In this document: in pieces, positions 48,613 through 57,614 of the stretch
Position numbering within the stretch: the stretch's first letter is position 1
Layout of the letters: each line of letters starts with the position of its first letter
Source: Myxococcota bacterium
GTDB lineage: Bacteria; Myxococcota_A; UBA9160; SZUA-336
Direction: 5' to 3'
NCBI GenBank assembly: GCA_965247115.1
Contig: CBDFGR010000002.1
Span: 1,632,001-1,696,000, forward strand
DNA length: 64,000 bases
Position numbers and translations under genes: made by a program
Notes under the pieces: generated by a model
Database searches by the model: none
Seen by the model: the letters and a program-made list of their open reading frames with translations, nothing else
Told to the model about the DNA's origin: nothing

Positions 48613-50037
48613 TCAGGCGCTCGCTCTCTCGCGGCGTGTGGCCAAGCTGTCCAGGTTGCTGCGGTGGCCCTGCCGGTCGATGCGATAGTGCGAAACGACG
48701 TAGAGCCCGGCCAGGAAGAGCGAGCAGTACAGTGGTAGGAAGAAGAGCGCGAGTTCCACGCGGATTTCCCTGGTGACCAGCTCCACGCTCGTAATGCCGT
48801 CGAGCCCAACCGCGGAGACGATCGTACCCGCGCCGACGATGCCACCAGCCGAAATTGCTTTGAACGCAAAGCCGCGCGCGGCGTAGAACAAGCCCTCGGA
48901 TCGCCGCATGGTCTCGACTTCACTCTCTTCGACGACGTCGGCCATCATGGAGTCCAAGAGCACGCCGCCGATGATTGTGCACACCACTTCGGTGACGATG
49001 ACAACCGTATAGATGTAGAGGCCGAGCCAGCTGCCGAGCTCGGGCCACCAGCCGATCAGCAGCAAGACATACGGGATCGGGTAGAGGGAGATGTTGACGA
49101 GAATCGCGCCGATCGCCGCATTCCGCTTGCCGAAGCGACGGCCGAAAGCCGGCGCCGCCCAATACGCGACGGCGGGCGAGATCAGGACACCCACGCCGGT
49201 AGCAGCAATCTGCGGGCCGCTGAACCCGAAGAAATAGGTCGTGTTGTACAGGTACAGCGCCGCGCCCAGACCACCGGCAACGCCGACGAGCAGGCCGTAG
49301 AAGAACAGCGCGGCGAAGTTCCTGTTCTTCACCGACTGAAAGATCTGGCGAAACTCGCGACCGATCTCCCTGATCTTGAAGGTGTCGTCTGGCCGCGGCA
49401 GCGCTGCCGCGACGCGCTGCGTGCCCAATGACGAGACCAGGATGGAGAGGAAGATGAGTGCGGCGCCGACGACGGCGTAGATGGAGTAACCCGTCTGCAC
49501 GGCCACGCCATAGGCCCCCACGAAGAATGTGAAGTTGATGATGTGGATGCCGTTCCCGCCGTACCAGCCAAATGCGTGGCGCAGAGCCAACCATTTGTTG
49601 CGAGCGTCGTAGTCGAACTCCAGATCCGGGAGCAACGCAGTCGAGGGCACCTCAAAGAGCGTGGTACCCGTTCTGATCAGAATGGCGACGACCAAGACGT
49701 AGGCAAATACGTTGCCCTCATCGAGCTCGATGACCGGGTCGAACAGCGCGTAGAAGAACAAGGGAAGGGTGAAGAGCGCCGCATACATGAACGGGTGCCG
49801 CCGGCCGAGTCGCGAGCTCGTCTTATCCGACCAGTGACCCAAAAAGAGATCGGACACCGCATCCCACAACATCGCGATGGCAAGCGCCCAGGCTGCAAGG
49901 TAGCCCGGCAGACCGAGGACCTGATTGGCATAGATGAGGAGCAGATAGCTAAACGCGTTGTTCTTGATCCCGTAGGCCATTGCGGCCGAGCCGTAGAACC
50001 AGAAGGTCGGCCTCTTTTCCAGTCGTTCAGCAGTCAC
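48613..50037 (-). CDS. MFS transporter, GPH/MelB-like family
   Basis: WDAVSD..GHWSDKTSSRLGRRHPF, SMMADVVE..RRSEGLF. Confidence 0.88.
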   Translation of the reverse strand: MTAERLEKRPTFWFYGSAAMAYGIKNNAFSYLLLIYANQVLGLPGYLAAWALAIAMLWDAVSDLFLGHWSDKTSSRLGRRHPFMYAALFTLPLFFYALFDPVIELDEGNVFAYVLVVAILIRTGTTLFEVPSTALLPDLEFDYDARNKWLALRHAFGWYGGNGIHIINFTFFVGAYGVAVQTGYSIYAVVGAALIFLSILVSSLGTQRVAAALPRPDDTFKIREIGREFRQIFQSVKNRNFAALFFYGLLVGVAGGLGAALYLYNTTYFFGFSGPQIAATGVGVLISPAVAYWAAPAFGRRFGKRNAAIGAILVNISLYPIPYVLLLIGWWPELGSWLGLYIYTVVIVTEVVCTIIGGVLLDSMMADVVEESEVETMRRSEGLFYAARGFAFKAISAGGIVGAGTIVSAVGLDGITSVELVTREIRVELALFFLPLYCSLFLAGLYVVSHYRIDRQGHRSNLDSLATRRERASA

Positions 50038-50106
50038 GCTGTCTCTCCGGAATCAACGCTCCGACCTCTCAGGATACCGGAAGAGCTCCCACTTCCTGGA
50101 CGCTCG

Positions 50107-50580
50107 TTATCTCAGTGTCGCTCCCAAGATGGCAGCGAGACGCACCAGGTCGCCTCCCACGCGGCTCCGGAACAAGGGGCGCGCGGCCCGACCGAGAAGC
50201 GAAGAGCCCTCGAAGTGGGCGAAGCGTGTGGCCTGCTCGCCCTCTGGAGTCGCGGCCATGCCGATGTCTGCAATGCGCGAGCGCATGACGCACCAGCCTG
50301 GCTGAAGGATGGCCTGCATGGACATTCGGGTACCCAGCGGTCCGTGCACGACCAGCTCGATCCGCTCCCCGCCCCGATCCAGGATCTGCACCTGCTCCAC
50401 GCCGCGCTCGAAGCGCGGTACCCCGTGCTCCAGGTCGCCGGCGATGCCCCAAACCTCTGCGAAGGGAGCCTCGATCACGCCCTCTCGAAGGCTCACGTGA
50501 GGAAGGGCGGCAGCCAGCGCCCGCAGACGGGCCACGGGATCCAGCTCGGCGAGGGGCCATGCAACAGTCACGACGTCCAC
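50107..50580 (-). CDS. SRPBCC/START-like hypothetical protein overlapping the ECF sigma stop
   Basis: WPLAELDPVARLR, IEAPFAEVWGIAGDLE..PRF..V..V pattern; overlaps the sigma gene 3' end. Confidence 0.6.
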   Translation of the reverse strand: MDVVTVAWPLAELDPVARLRALAAALPHVSLREGVIEAPFAEVWGIAGDLEHGVPRFERGVEQVQILDRGGERIELVVHGPLGTRMSMQAILQPGWCVMRSRIADIGMAATPEGEQATRFAHFEGSSLLGRAARPLFRSRVGGDLVRLAAILGATLR

Positions 50581-51069
50581 CTCTCGACAAATGCGGCGCG
50601 CGCCCGATGCAGGCGCGACTTCACGGTTCCCTTCTTGACCTCGAGCATCCGCGCGGCCTCGTCCTCGCTGAGACCCTCGAGATCTCGGAGCATCAGGATC
50701 GCCCGCTGCTCGGGCCCCAGCGAGCGCAGCACGCTGCGCACGTCGGAGGCGAGCGCGGGGTCATCGGGCGCTGGGAGCTCCCGCGGCGACCCCTCCACGA
50801 GAGGATCCCGGCGCGCCGCGCGAGCGTGTCGCACGGCCTCGCGCGTTGCGATTCGACGCACCCAAGAGCGCAGGGCCGCCGGCTCCCGGAGCTGACGCAG
50901 GTCGCGAAAGATCAGCATCAAGGCCTCCTGGGCTGCATCCGGCCCGTGGTCGAGGGCGATCGGGCCGCAGATCCGGGCCACGTACGGAGCGAGGCGATCC
51001 ACCAGTTCGGCGAGGGCGAGCGAGTCTCCAGCTTGAGCGGCGCACCAGCTCGGCGTCCCACACGTCCAC
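50568..51069 (-). CDS. ECF sigma-70 factor with an apparent frameshift near codon 11
   Basis: Region 2 DAAQEAL..IFRDL..SWVRRIA; region 4 LGPEQRAILMLRDLEGLSEDEAA..GTVKSRLHRAR; N-terminus VDVWDAELVRR is in another frame. Confidence 0.85.
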
Positions 51070-51075
51070 ATCGTC

Positions 51076-51146
51076 ATGGGGCGCCGAGTTCGCGAAAGGT
51101 TCCCGCGCCTCGTGCTCGGGAACCTTTTCCGAGTTCGTGCCCCCCT
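51076..51146. promoter_or_regulatory. Back-to-back ECF-type promoters
   Basis: Minus: GGAACC(51103-51098)-N16-CCCCAT(51081-51076); plus: GGAACC(51119-51124)-N16-CCCCCT(51141-51146). Confidence 0.7.
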
Positions 51147-51178
51147 TTCCGGTCAGACAAGCTCGGGAGGAACCGCTC

Positions 51179-52018
51179 ATGCGGGAGAGCATGACACGAG
51201 GCCACTCGCCGCGGGAACGGCGCTGGACGCAGCTTCAGGCCTTCTCTGGGCTCGTGTTCCTGATTTTCGCCGGTCTACACCTGACGAACCAGATGCTCGC
51301 GGCCGTCGGGCCAGACGTTTACAACGGCTTCCAACGAGCGCTGAGGCTGGTCTACCAGCATCCGCTCATCGAGATCTCCGTGGTTGCAGGCGCACTCGCT
51401 GTCCACGTAGTCGCCGGTGTGCGTCGCATGCTGCTTCGGGGCGTGCGCGGGCGCGGGGGAGACGCCCGCATGGGTCTGCACCGGCTTACTGGCTACTTCC
51501 TTCTGCTCGTGATCTTCGGACACATCGCCGCGGTGCGTGGACCGTCGCTAGTCCTGGACATCTATCCTGAGTTCGAGGGCATCGCCTTCTCGCTCTGGTG
51601 GATCCCAGCCTACTTCTACGTCTACTACCCCCTGCTGGCATTCGCGGGGCTCTACCATGGCATGAACGGCGCGTTGCTCGCACTCAGAGTGCTCGGCCTC
51701 CGTTCGGGTCCCGCCGTCGTTCGCGGCTGGCCGTTCTGGGTCCCCGTCGGAGCGGCGACTGGGCTGTTGCTGCTCGGCATCCTCGGCTTTGGCGGCCACC
51801 TCTTCGAGATCCCCGACCCCACGGCCAACGAGTACGCCGACATGTGGCACGAACACTTTGGTGTCGATTTGGGGAGCGAGGTGGCGCCATGTCTTTCAGA
51901 AGGTCTCGCTTCGGATGCGCTCGAGCGGGACACCCCGAGCCTCCAGGTATTCCTGCACCGACGCCATGAAGCCTGTCGGCCCGCACAGGTAGAAGTCCGC
52001 GTCGAGCCCGGGCACTAG
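51179..52018 (+). CDS. Integral membrane protein with intramembrane histidines (cytochrome b / SdhC-like pattern)
   Basis: About 5 TM helices; His in GLHLTN, AVHVVAG, IFGHIAAVR, LYHGMNG; SD GGAGG; 3' end overlaps the convergent gene by 123 nt. Confidence 0.6.
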   Translation: MRESMTRGHSPRERRWTQLQAFSGLVFLIFAGLHLTNQMLAAVGPDVYNGFQRALRLVYQHPLIEISVVAGALAVHVVAGVRRMLLRGVRGRGGDARMGLHRLTGYFLLLVIFGHIAAVRGPSLVLDIYPEFEGIAFSLWWIPAYFYVYYPLLAFAGLYHGMNGALLALRVLGLRSGPAVVRGWPFWVPVGAATGLLLLGILGFGGHLFEIPDPTANEYADMWHEHFGVDLGSEVAPCLSEGLASDALERDTPSLQVFLHRRHEACRPAQVEVRVEPGH

Positions 52019-53527
52019 CTTCTCCACCAACGCGCCGTCGACCCGGCCGGTACTGTCATAGTGCCGACCGAGCTCGTCCTCGGGTCGCGGCCGGCTGTAG
52101 GCCACATGGAGCCGCACGTTTGGCGCTCGCGTGGCCAGGCCGCGGACCTCGTCGGCGAGGGCGTGATTGCGCGTGTCGCGAGCGCCGTGCACGAACCAGA
52201 CGCGTCGGCTATCGCCGCCGCCGACCAGCTCGTGGAGCATGCTCACCAGCGGCGTGAGACCGACGCCCGCGCTCACGAACACGACCTGGCGCGGGCTCGA
52301 CGGATCGAGCAGGAAGTCGCCCGCCGGCGCGCGGGCGCTCAGGATGGCTCCCACCTCGACGTGGTCGTGCAAGCAGCGCGAAGCGACACCCTGGGAATGG
52401 CGCTTTACAGAAATCCGGTAGCGTCCCTGTCCCGGGCCGTTGGAGAGCGAGTACGTGCGCGAGACGCCGCAGCCTTGGTCCGTGGCTTCGAGCTCGATCG
52501 GGAGATGCTGGCCAGCGTTGAAGTCCGCAAGGGGGCCTCCGTCCCGCGACTCGAAGATGAAGGAGGTGACCTCGTCGCTCTCCGGGACTTTCTCGACTAC
52601 GCGCAGCGAGCGGATGGAGCCGGCGGCCTTCTCCCAGCGCAGCGGAAGCGCCTGCTCGAGCTCCACGGCCAGATCGAGCTCGAAGTGAACCAGGCGCCGC
52701 GCGCCAGGGAAGCGCTCGAGCTCCGCTGAGTCCCAGTCGATCCGGACCCGACCGGTGAGCTGAAGCAGACCGCCGTGTTCGAAGTCGACGAACAGGATGC
52801 CCGCGCGGGGATCCATCACGAGATTCCCGATGGTGTTGTAGTGGCTGTTCCCCGCATAGTCGGGAAAGACCAGGTGCCGCTCGCCCTCGACCCGCACGAA
52901 GCCCGACTCGCCCCCCCGATGCGAGGCGTCCATGCCATAGGTGGGGCTCTCGCTCTCCCCCCGATGCCCGGTCGCGATGAAGAACGTGTCGGCGCCCTCG
53001 ATCCAGCGGGGCAGCCCCGCGGAGAACCGGTCGTGGGTGCGCCGCACGGAAGTGGTGCCGGTCGCCTCGCGCCGCCACTGGCGCTCATGGATGTACTGGG
53101 GGCAGTTCCCGAACGTCTGGTCGACAGCGACTGTGAAGCCTCCACCGCCGGTCGCCGAGACCCGCCCGTTGATGCGGTTGCGACGCCGGGTAGCAAGCTC
53201 GATTCCGAGGAGGCCCACGTCGGCGCCGGTGCCAAGCGCATCCCCGAGGGCATCGCCGGCCACGGGCCTGGCGTCGATGGCGAGGGTTCTCGCATCCGGC
53301 GAGCGCACGAAGCCGGGTGCTCCCACCAGGAGCGTGGCCCATGGGCGGCCGAGCCCGTCACGCGCCGCCGCCACGAGGAAGGGGAGCCGAGCGTAGAACC
53401 GGCGGTGCTCGTCGGGCAGATGCCCGCGCACCACCTTGCGGGCCCAGGGCTCGATCTCGTCGCGGACGCCGAGCCGCTCCTGCACCTGCCGCTCGCCTGC
53501 GTGGAAGGGGGAGGATTCCGTGACCAT
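51896..53527 (-). CDS. Pyridoxamine 5'-phosphate oxidase-like domains fused to an FAD/NAD(P)-binding (FNR-like) reductase
   Basis: [57 protein letters not shown]-terminal ETF. Confidence 0.88.
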   Translation of the reverse strand: MVTESSPFHAGERQVQERLGVRDEIEPWARKVVRGHLPDEHRRFYARLPFLVAAARDGLGRPWATLLVGAPGFVRSPDARTLAIDARPVAGDALGDALGTGADVGLLGIELATRRRNRINGRVSATGGGGFTVAVDQTFGNCPQYIHERQWRREATGTTSVRRTHDRFSAGLPRWIEGADTFFIATGHRGESESPTYGMDASHRGGESGFVRVEGERHLVFPDYAGNSHYNTIGNLVMDPRAGILFVDFEHGGLLQLTGRVRIDWDSAELERFPGARRLVHFELDLAVELEQALPLRWEKAAGSIRSLRVVEKVPESDEVTSFIFESRDGGPLADFNAGQHLPIELEATDQGCGVSRTYSLSNGPGQGRYRISVKRHSQGVASRCLHDHVEVGAILSARAPAGDFLLDPSSPRQVVFVSAGVGLTPLVSMLHELVGGGDSRRVWFVHGARDTRNHALADEVRGLATRAPNVRLHVAYSRPRPEDELGRHYDSTGRVDGALVEKLVPGLDADFYLCGPTGFMASVQEYLEARGVPLERIRSETF

Positions 53528-53655
53528 GGCCTCACCATACAGCCGTTGCTGCAATCAGACCTACTAGCTATCGAGCGGACCGGAACAGCGAGCCCGGTCT
53601 CCCGCCGTTGACGCTATCATTCGAGACGCCCGTGACTGCATTGGGAGACTCGGTC

Positions 53656-54213
53656 ATGAACCAAGGCGAGCTCGAGCGACACCTTTCGGAGCTCTTCCAG
53701 GAAGCCGGCAAGGCTCACCACGAGGCATTCGCTACAACGGACGGGGCCGACCCGGAGTGGCCGATCTGGTACGCGGACTACCTGGTGGAGCCGCTGCGCT
53801 CCCGACTCATGGCTCACCTCACACGGAGTCGCATCGTGTACTGCCTCATCGCCGCTGAGGAGGAGCGGCTGGGTCGCGCGCCCGACTCCCCTTGGGAGGA
53901 GTATTACGCGCGACACTTCGTCGAGTGCTACGCGCGCTCCGATACGCCCGCTGCGGACAAACTGGCGCTCTATCAGTTTGCGAGCTGCCCGTTCTGCAGG
54001 CAGGTTCGCAGCGCAATCGATCAGCTCGGCATTGACGTCGAGCTGCGCGACATCCTCCTCGATGAGCGCTATCGGGACGAGCTTCTCGCGGAGCGTGGTC
54101 GCGCGACGGTTCCCGTCCTTCGCATCACCAGCCCCGACCGAAGCGAGCGATGGATGCCCGAGTCCGCCGACATCATTGCGTATCTCGAGGAGCTCTACGG
54201 AAAGCTTGGGTGA
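53656..54213 (+). CDS. Glutaredoxin/GST-N domain protein with an N-terminal helical domain
   Basis: LYQFASCPFCRQV, GRATVPVL, MPESADIIAYL. Confidence 0.8.
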   Translation: MNQGELERHLSELFQEAGKAHHEAFATTDGADPEWPIWYADYLVEPLRSRLMAHLTRSRIVYCLIAAEEERLGRAPDSPWEEYYARHFVECYARSDTPAADKLALYQFASCPFCRQVRSAIDQLGIDVELRDILLDERYRDELLAERGRATVPVLRITSPDRSERWMPESADIIAYLEELYGKLG

Positions 54214-54286
54214 TCTGCAGGCGCCCTGCGGCCCTGGCGGACTGGTTTCCTGGCTACGAGGGTGCGCCAAATAGCAATCGGGCCCT

Positions 54287-54991
54287 TTACCACTTCTCGC
54301 CGAACGGTCGGAGCTCTACATCAAATGACCACGTGGAGCGCGGCTGGTGCGTCACGTGAAAGACCTCCTCGGCTATGTCCGCCGGCCTGGCGAAAAACTC
54401 TTGGGGCTTGTCGGCGTGGAACCTGTCGCGTGTCCAGGGCACGTCGATCACAGCGTCGATGTTGAAGTACGCGACGTGGACACCCTTCGGGCCAAGATCG
54501 CGTGCGAGCGCTTGGGCGAGGTTCCGCTGGGCCGCTTTGGTGGGTGAAAACAGCGCGTAGTTCGGAATCCCTCGAAACGCAGCGGTGTTTCCTGTTACAG
54601 CGATTGCGCCGGAACCACGCTCAGTCATGTCCCGCGCGAAGGATCGGGCCAGGTACAACAGGGAGGTGGTATTGACCCGAAAATTGCGCTCCAGTTCTTC
54701 CGGGTCCCCCTCGAGAAACGTGTCGAAGGTGGCACGAACCGCGTTGTGCACGAGGACGTCCGGCACGCCCATCTCTTCCTTCACACACTGGCAGACCTCG
54801 ACAAGTCGGTCGAGATCCGCCAGGTCAAAGGCGAAGGCCTTGGATCCGTTCAGCTCCTTCTCGAGTGCCACCAGGCGCTCCTCGTTTCGCGCCAGCATTG
54901 CTACCTGGTAGCCTCCACGCGCGAACCGCCTCGCAATCGCTGCGCCCGTGCCCTCGCCTACGCCCGTAACCAGACATACCTTGTTCTTCAT
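54287..54991 (-). CDS. Short-chain dehydrogenase/reductase (atypical)
   Basis: TGVGEGTG, LVHNA, FSPTKAAQ (F replaces the catalytic Y), ARDLGPKGVHVA, RPFGEKW. Confidence 0.9.
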   Translation of the reverse strand: MKNKVCLVTGVGEGTGAAIARRFARGGYQVAMLARNEERLVALEKELNGSKAFAFDLADLDRLVEVCQCVKEEMGVPDVLVHNAVRATFDTFLEGDPEELERNFRVNTTSLLYLARSFARDMTERGSGAIAVTGNTAAFRGIPNYALFSPTKAAQRNLAQALARDLGPKGVHVAYFNIDAVIDVPWTRDRFHADKPQEFFARPADIAEEVFHVTHQPRSTWSFDVELRPFGEKW

Positions 54992-55004
54992 GTTGGGTCG
55001 CTCC

Positions 55005-55097
55005 TCAGCGGTGCAGGTGGAAGACCTTGTTCATGATCTTCCACTGCCCGTCGATCTTCAGCAGCGTGAACAAGTCGGTGAACCGGTGACCGGTCCA
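55005..55097 (-). pseudogene. 3' remnant of an NTF2-like / putative lumazine-binding protein gene
   Basis: WTGHRFTDLFTLLKIDGQWKIMNKVFHLHR* with no own start. Confidence 0.7.
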
Positions 55098-55296
55098 GAT
55101 CTTCGAGGTTCGCAACGTCGCCGCGGATGCCCGTAGCCCTCTCGCCGAGTTCGGCGACGGCGGCATCCAATGCCTCCTGATTGCGGCCGGTGATGACGAC
55201 CTGGGCACCGTCTGCGATGAACCGCCGGGCTGTGGCCAAGCCGATTCCACTGCTTCCTCCGGTGACGACCGCAACTTTGTTGCTCAACTTGCTCAT
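55090..55296 (-). pseudogene. 5' remnant of a classical SDR gene
   Basis: MSKLSNKVAVVTGGSSGIGLATA..VITGR..GDVANLEDLDR then similarity stops; SD AGGAG. Confidence 0.8.
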
Positions 55297-55428
55297 TTCC
55301 GTTTCTCCTTCTCTCCGGACCAATCGCGGGTTCAGGCGCTTGATCTTGTGGTGTTGACAGTCTCGAAAGATTCGATGAGGGCGCCGAAGCGCTCCTTCGT
55401 GAAGTGCAGGTATTCGGTGGCCACGAGT

Positions 55429-55848
55429 CTATTCTCCGGGCGCAGTCGCCAGCGTTGGCACTGTCTCGGCGCGGTCGCCCCGTACAAAGCGGACCACGTT
55501 GAAGGCATCGAGCACGAGCGAGGTTGCGTCGAGCGCGATGACGGCCCGGAGCCACAGCCCGAAGGCGTCGGTCGCCGGGACACCGGGGAGCTGAATCCAC
55601 AGGTAGCTCAGGAGGGGTACCCAGGCGATGTGTCCCAGGCCGACGATTCGACTGAAGCCGAAGCGGGCGGTGAGCGCTGTCATGAGGCCCATGCTCACCA
55701 GACCGGAGGCCAGAACGGCCTGGGCTTCCACTTGCCCGAGGAAAAAGAACGGGGTGACAAGGTTGACGCTGATCAGTAGCAGCACCCAGGCCCGCAAGTG
55801 AAGGGGCATTGCCAGCAGTCCCTGGTTGAATCTCCTAAATGCACGCAT
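55429..55848 (-). CDS. Small hypothetical membrane protein (~4 TM)
   Basis: 139-aa hydrophobic ORF 10 nt after the GST gene, SD AGGAG. Confidence 0.65.
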   Translation of the reverse strand: MRAFRRFNQGLLAMPLHLRAWVLLLISVNLVTPFFFLGQVEAQAVLASGLVSMGLMTALTARFGFSRIVGLGHIAWVPLLSYLWIQLPGVPATDAFGLWLRAVIALDATSLVLDAFNVVRFVRGDRAETVPTLATAPGE

Positions 55849-55858
55849 GTGAGTTCTC

Positions 55859-56533
55859 CTAGGCCAACATTCGGCGCGCGTAGTTCACGGCCTGCTGGAC
55901 CTGTGGTTCGCTCCTGCGATCGCGCGGCTCGGGCACCATCAGCCCACGCTGAACTGCTGGTCGTACTTCGATGCGCTCCAACCAGCGGCGAACGTGGTCG
56001 AGGCCATCCAAGCTCACGCCCGACCAGTCGTGGGCGCGCACCCAGGTGAACGAGGCGATGTCAGCGATGGAGTAGTCGCCAACCAGGTAGTCGCGCCCCG
56101 CGAGACGACGCTCGAGAACCTCGTAGAGGCGCCGCGTCTCCTTCTGGTAGCGCTCGATGGCATAGGGAATGGGTTCAGGCGCGTAGCGGTGGAACGCATT
56201 CGCCTGTCCCTGCATGGGACCGATGCCACCCATCTGGAACATCAGCCACTGGATGACCTGCAAGCGGGCCCTTGGGTCAGCGGGTACGAGTCGACCGGTT
56301 GCCTCAGCGAGGTAGAGGAGGATGGCTCCCGACTCGAAGACCACGAGGTCATCGTTTTCGCGATCCACGATCACCGGGATGCGACCGTTCGGATTCAGCT
56401 CGAGGAACCACTCCTCCTTCTGCTCCAGCGTGCCCAGGTTGATCGGATGGATCGAATAGGGCAGCTCCAGCTCTTCGAGAGCGATGGATGCCTTTTGGCC
56501 ATTAGGGGTGGCGGCTGTGTACAGGTCGATCAT
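55859..56533 (-). CDS. Glutathione S-transferase, Nu class (YfcG/YghU-like)
   Basis: [53 protein letters not shown]. Confidence 0.93.
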   Translation of the reverse strand: MIDLYTAATPNGQKASIALEELELPYSIHPINLGTLEQKEEWFLELNPNGRIPVIVDRENDDLVVFESGAILLYLAEATGRLVPADPRARLQVIQWLMFQMGGIGPMQGQANAFHRYAPEPIPYAIERYQKETRRLYEVLERRLAGRDYLVGDYSIADIASFTWVRAHDWSGVSLDGLDHVRRWLERIEVRPAVQRGLMVPEPRDRRSEPQVQQAVNYARRMLA

Positions 56534-56542
56534 TTTCTTCTC

Positions 56543-56668
56543 CTTGAGATATTCTAAGTGCCCCGACTCAGTGTGATGCCGGGAATTGAAGCTGGATTCG
56601 ATAGATACGAGCTGATTGGGGTCCGAGCAAACGATTTGTTCTCAACCATGGATTGAGATATTCTCAAT
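56543..56668. promoter_or_regulatory. LysR operator region between GST and LysR genes
   Basis: Palindrome ATTGAGA-TAT-TCTCAAT (56652-56668, T-N11-A) and near-copy CTTGAGATATTCTAAG (56543-56558) overlapping a minus-strand TAGAAT -10. Confidence 0.65.
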
Positions 56669-56674
56669 TCCGAT

Positions 56675-57580
56675 ATGGATCGAGATCTACCGTCGCTCAA
56701 CGCACTCCGGGCGTTCGAGGCTGCGGGCCGGCACCTGAGCCTCACGAAGGCCGCCGGGGAGCTGCACGTCACCCCGGCGGCAATCAGCCACCAGGTGAAA
56801 GGGCTCGAGGACTACCTGGGCGTGAAGCTCTTTCGGCGAGCGGGCAACTCGCTGCTGCTCAGCGACGCCGGTCAGGCGTGTCTGCCCAGGCTCAGCGAGG
56901 GCTTCGACCGACTCGCGGAAGCGATCGAACGACTGAAGGAACACGACGCGCGGGGTCCCGTGCACGTGAGCGTGGCGCCGGCCTTCGCGTCCAAGTGGTT
57001 AGTTCCGCGCCTAGAGCGGTTCGACGCTGCTCACCCGGATGTCGACGTGCGGATCTCGGCCAGCCTCGAGGTTGTTGACCTCGACCGCGAAGGATTCGAC
57101 GCGGCGATCCGCCTGGGTCGCGGGTCCTACCCCGGTCATGACGTGCACGAGCTCTTCCCGGAGTCCGTTGTCCCGATGTGTCGACCGGATCTGATCGAAG
57201 CTCCGCATCCGCTCCGAACACCGGCGGATCTGCGGCACCACGTGCTCCTTCACGATGACTCGCTGCGCTTCGACCGAGCCGCTCCGGACTGGCCCATGTG
57301 GCTGAAGGCCGCCGGAGCGAAGGACGTCGACACGTCGCGCGGCCCTCACTTCAGCCACCCCGACCATGCCATGCAGGCCGCAATGAACGGCGCTGGCATT
57401 GTGCTCGGCTGGCGCACCCTCGCGGCGGCCGACCTGGCTGCCGGCCGCCTTGGCATTCCCTTCGACCTCACGCTCCCGATGGAGCTCACGTTCTTCTTCG
57501 TGTGCCCGCACGTTGCGGCGGAGCGGCCCAAGATCGTCGCGTTCCGCGACTGGCTCCTCGAAGAGAGCCATCGCGTGTGA
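56675..57580 (+). CDS. LysR-family regulator, GcvA subfamily
   Basis: LPSLNALRAFEAAGRHLS..AAGELHVTPAAISHQVK, KWLVPRL, DAAIRLG. Confidence 0.93.
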   Translation: MDRDLPSLNALRAFEAAGRHLSLTKAAGELHVTPAAISHQVKGLEDYLGVKLFRRAGNSLLLSDAGQACLPRLSEGFDRLAEAIERLKEHDARGPVHVSVAPAFASKWLVPRLERFDAAHPDVDVRISASLEVVDLDREGFDAAIRLGRGSYPGHDVHELFPESVVPMCRPDLIEAPHPLRTPADLRHHVLLHDDSLRFDRAAPDWPMWLKAAGAKDVDTSRGPHFSHPDHAMQAAMNGAGIVLGWRTLAAADLAAGRLGIPFDLTLPMELTFFFVCPHVAAERPKIVAFRDWLLEESHRV

Positions 57581-57614
57581 TCGTTCCCGTTCTTGGAGCC
57601 GGTCCCGCCGAGCC

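Noticed and set aside
54211..54213. Sec read-through of other TGA stops (glutaredoxin, gshB, small ORF at 62250)
   Set aside because: The domains are complete before the stop and downstream frames show no family similarity or redox motif.
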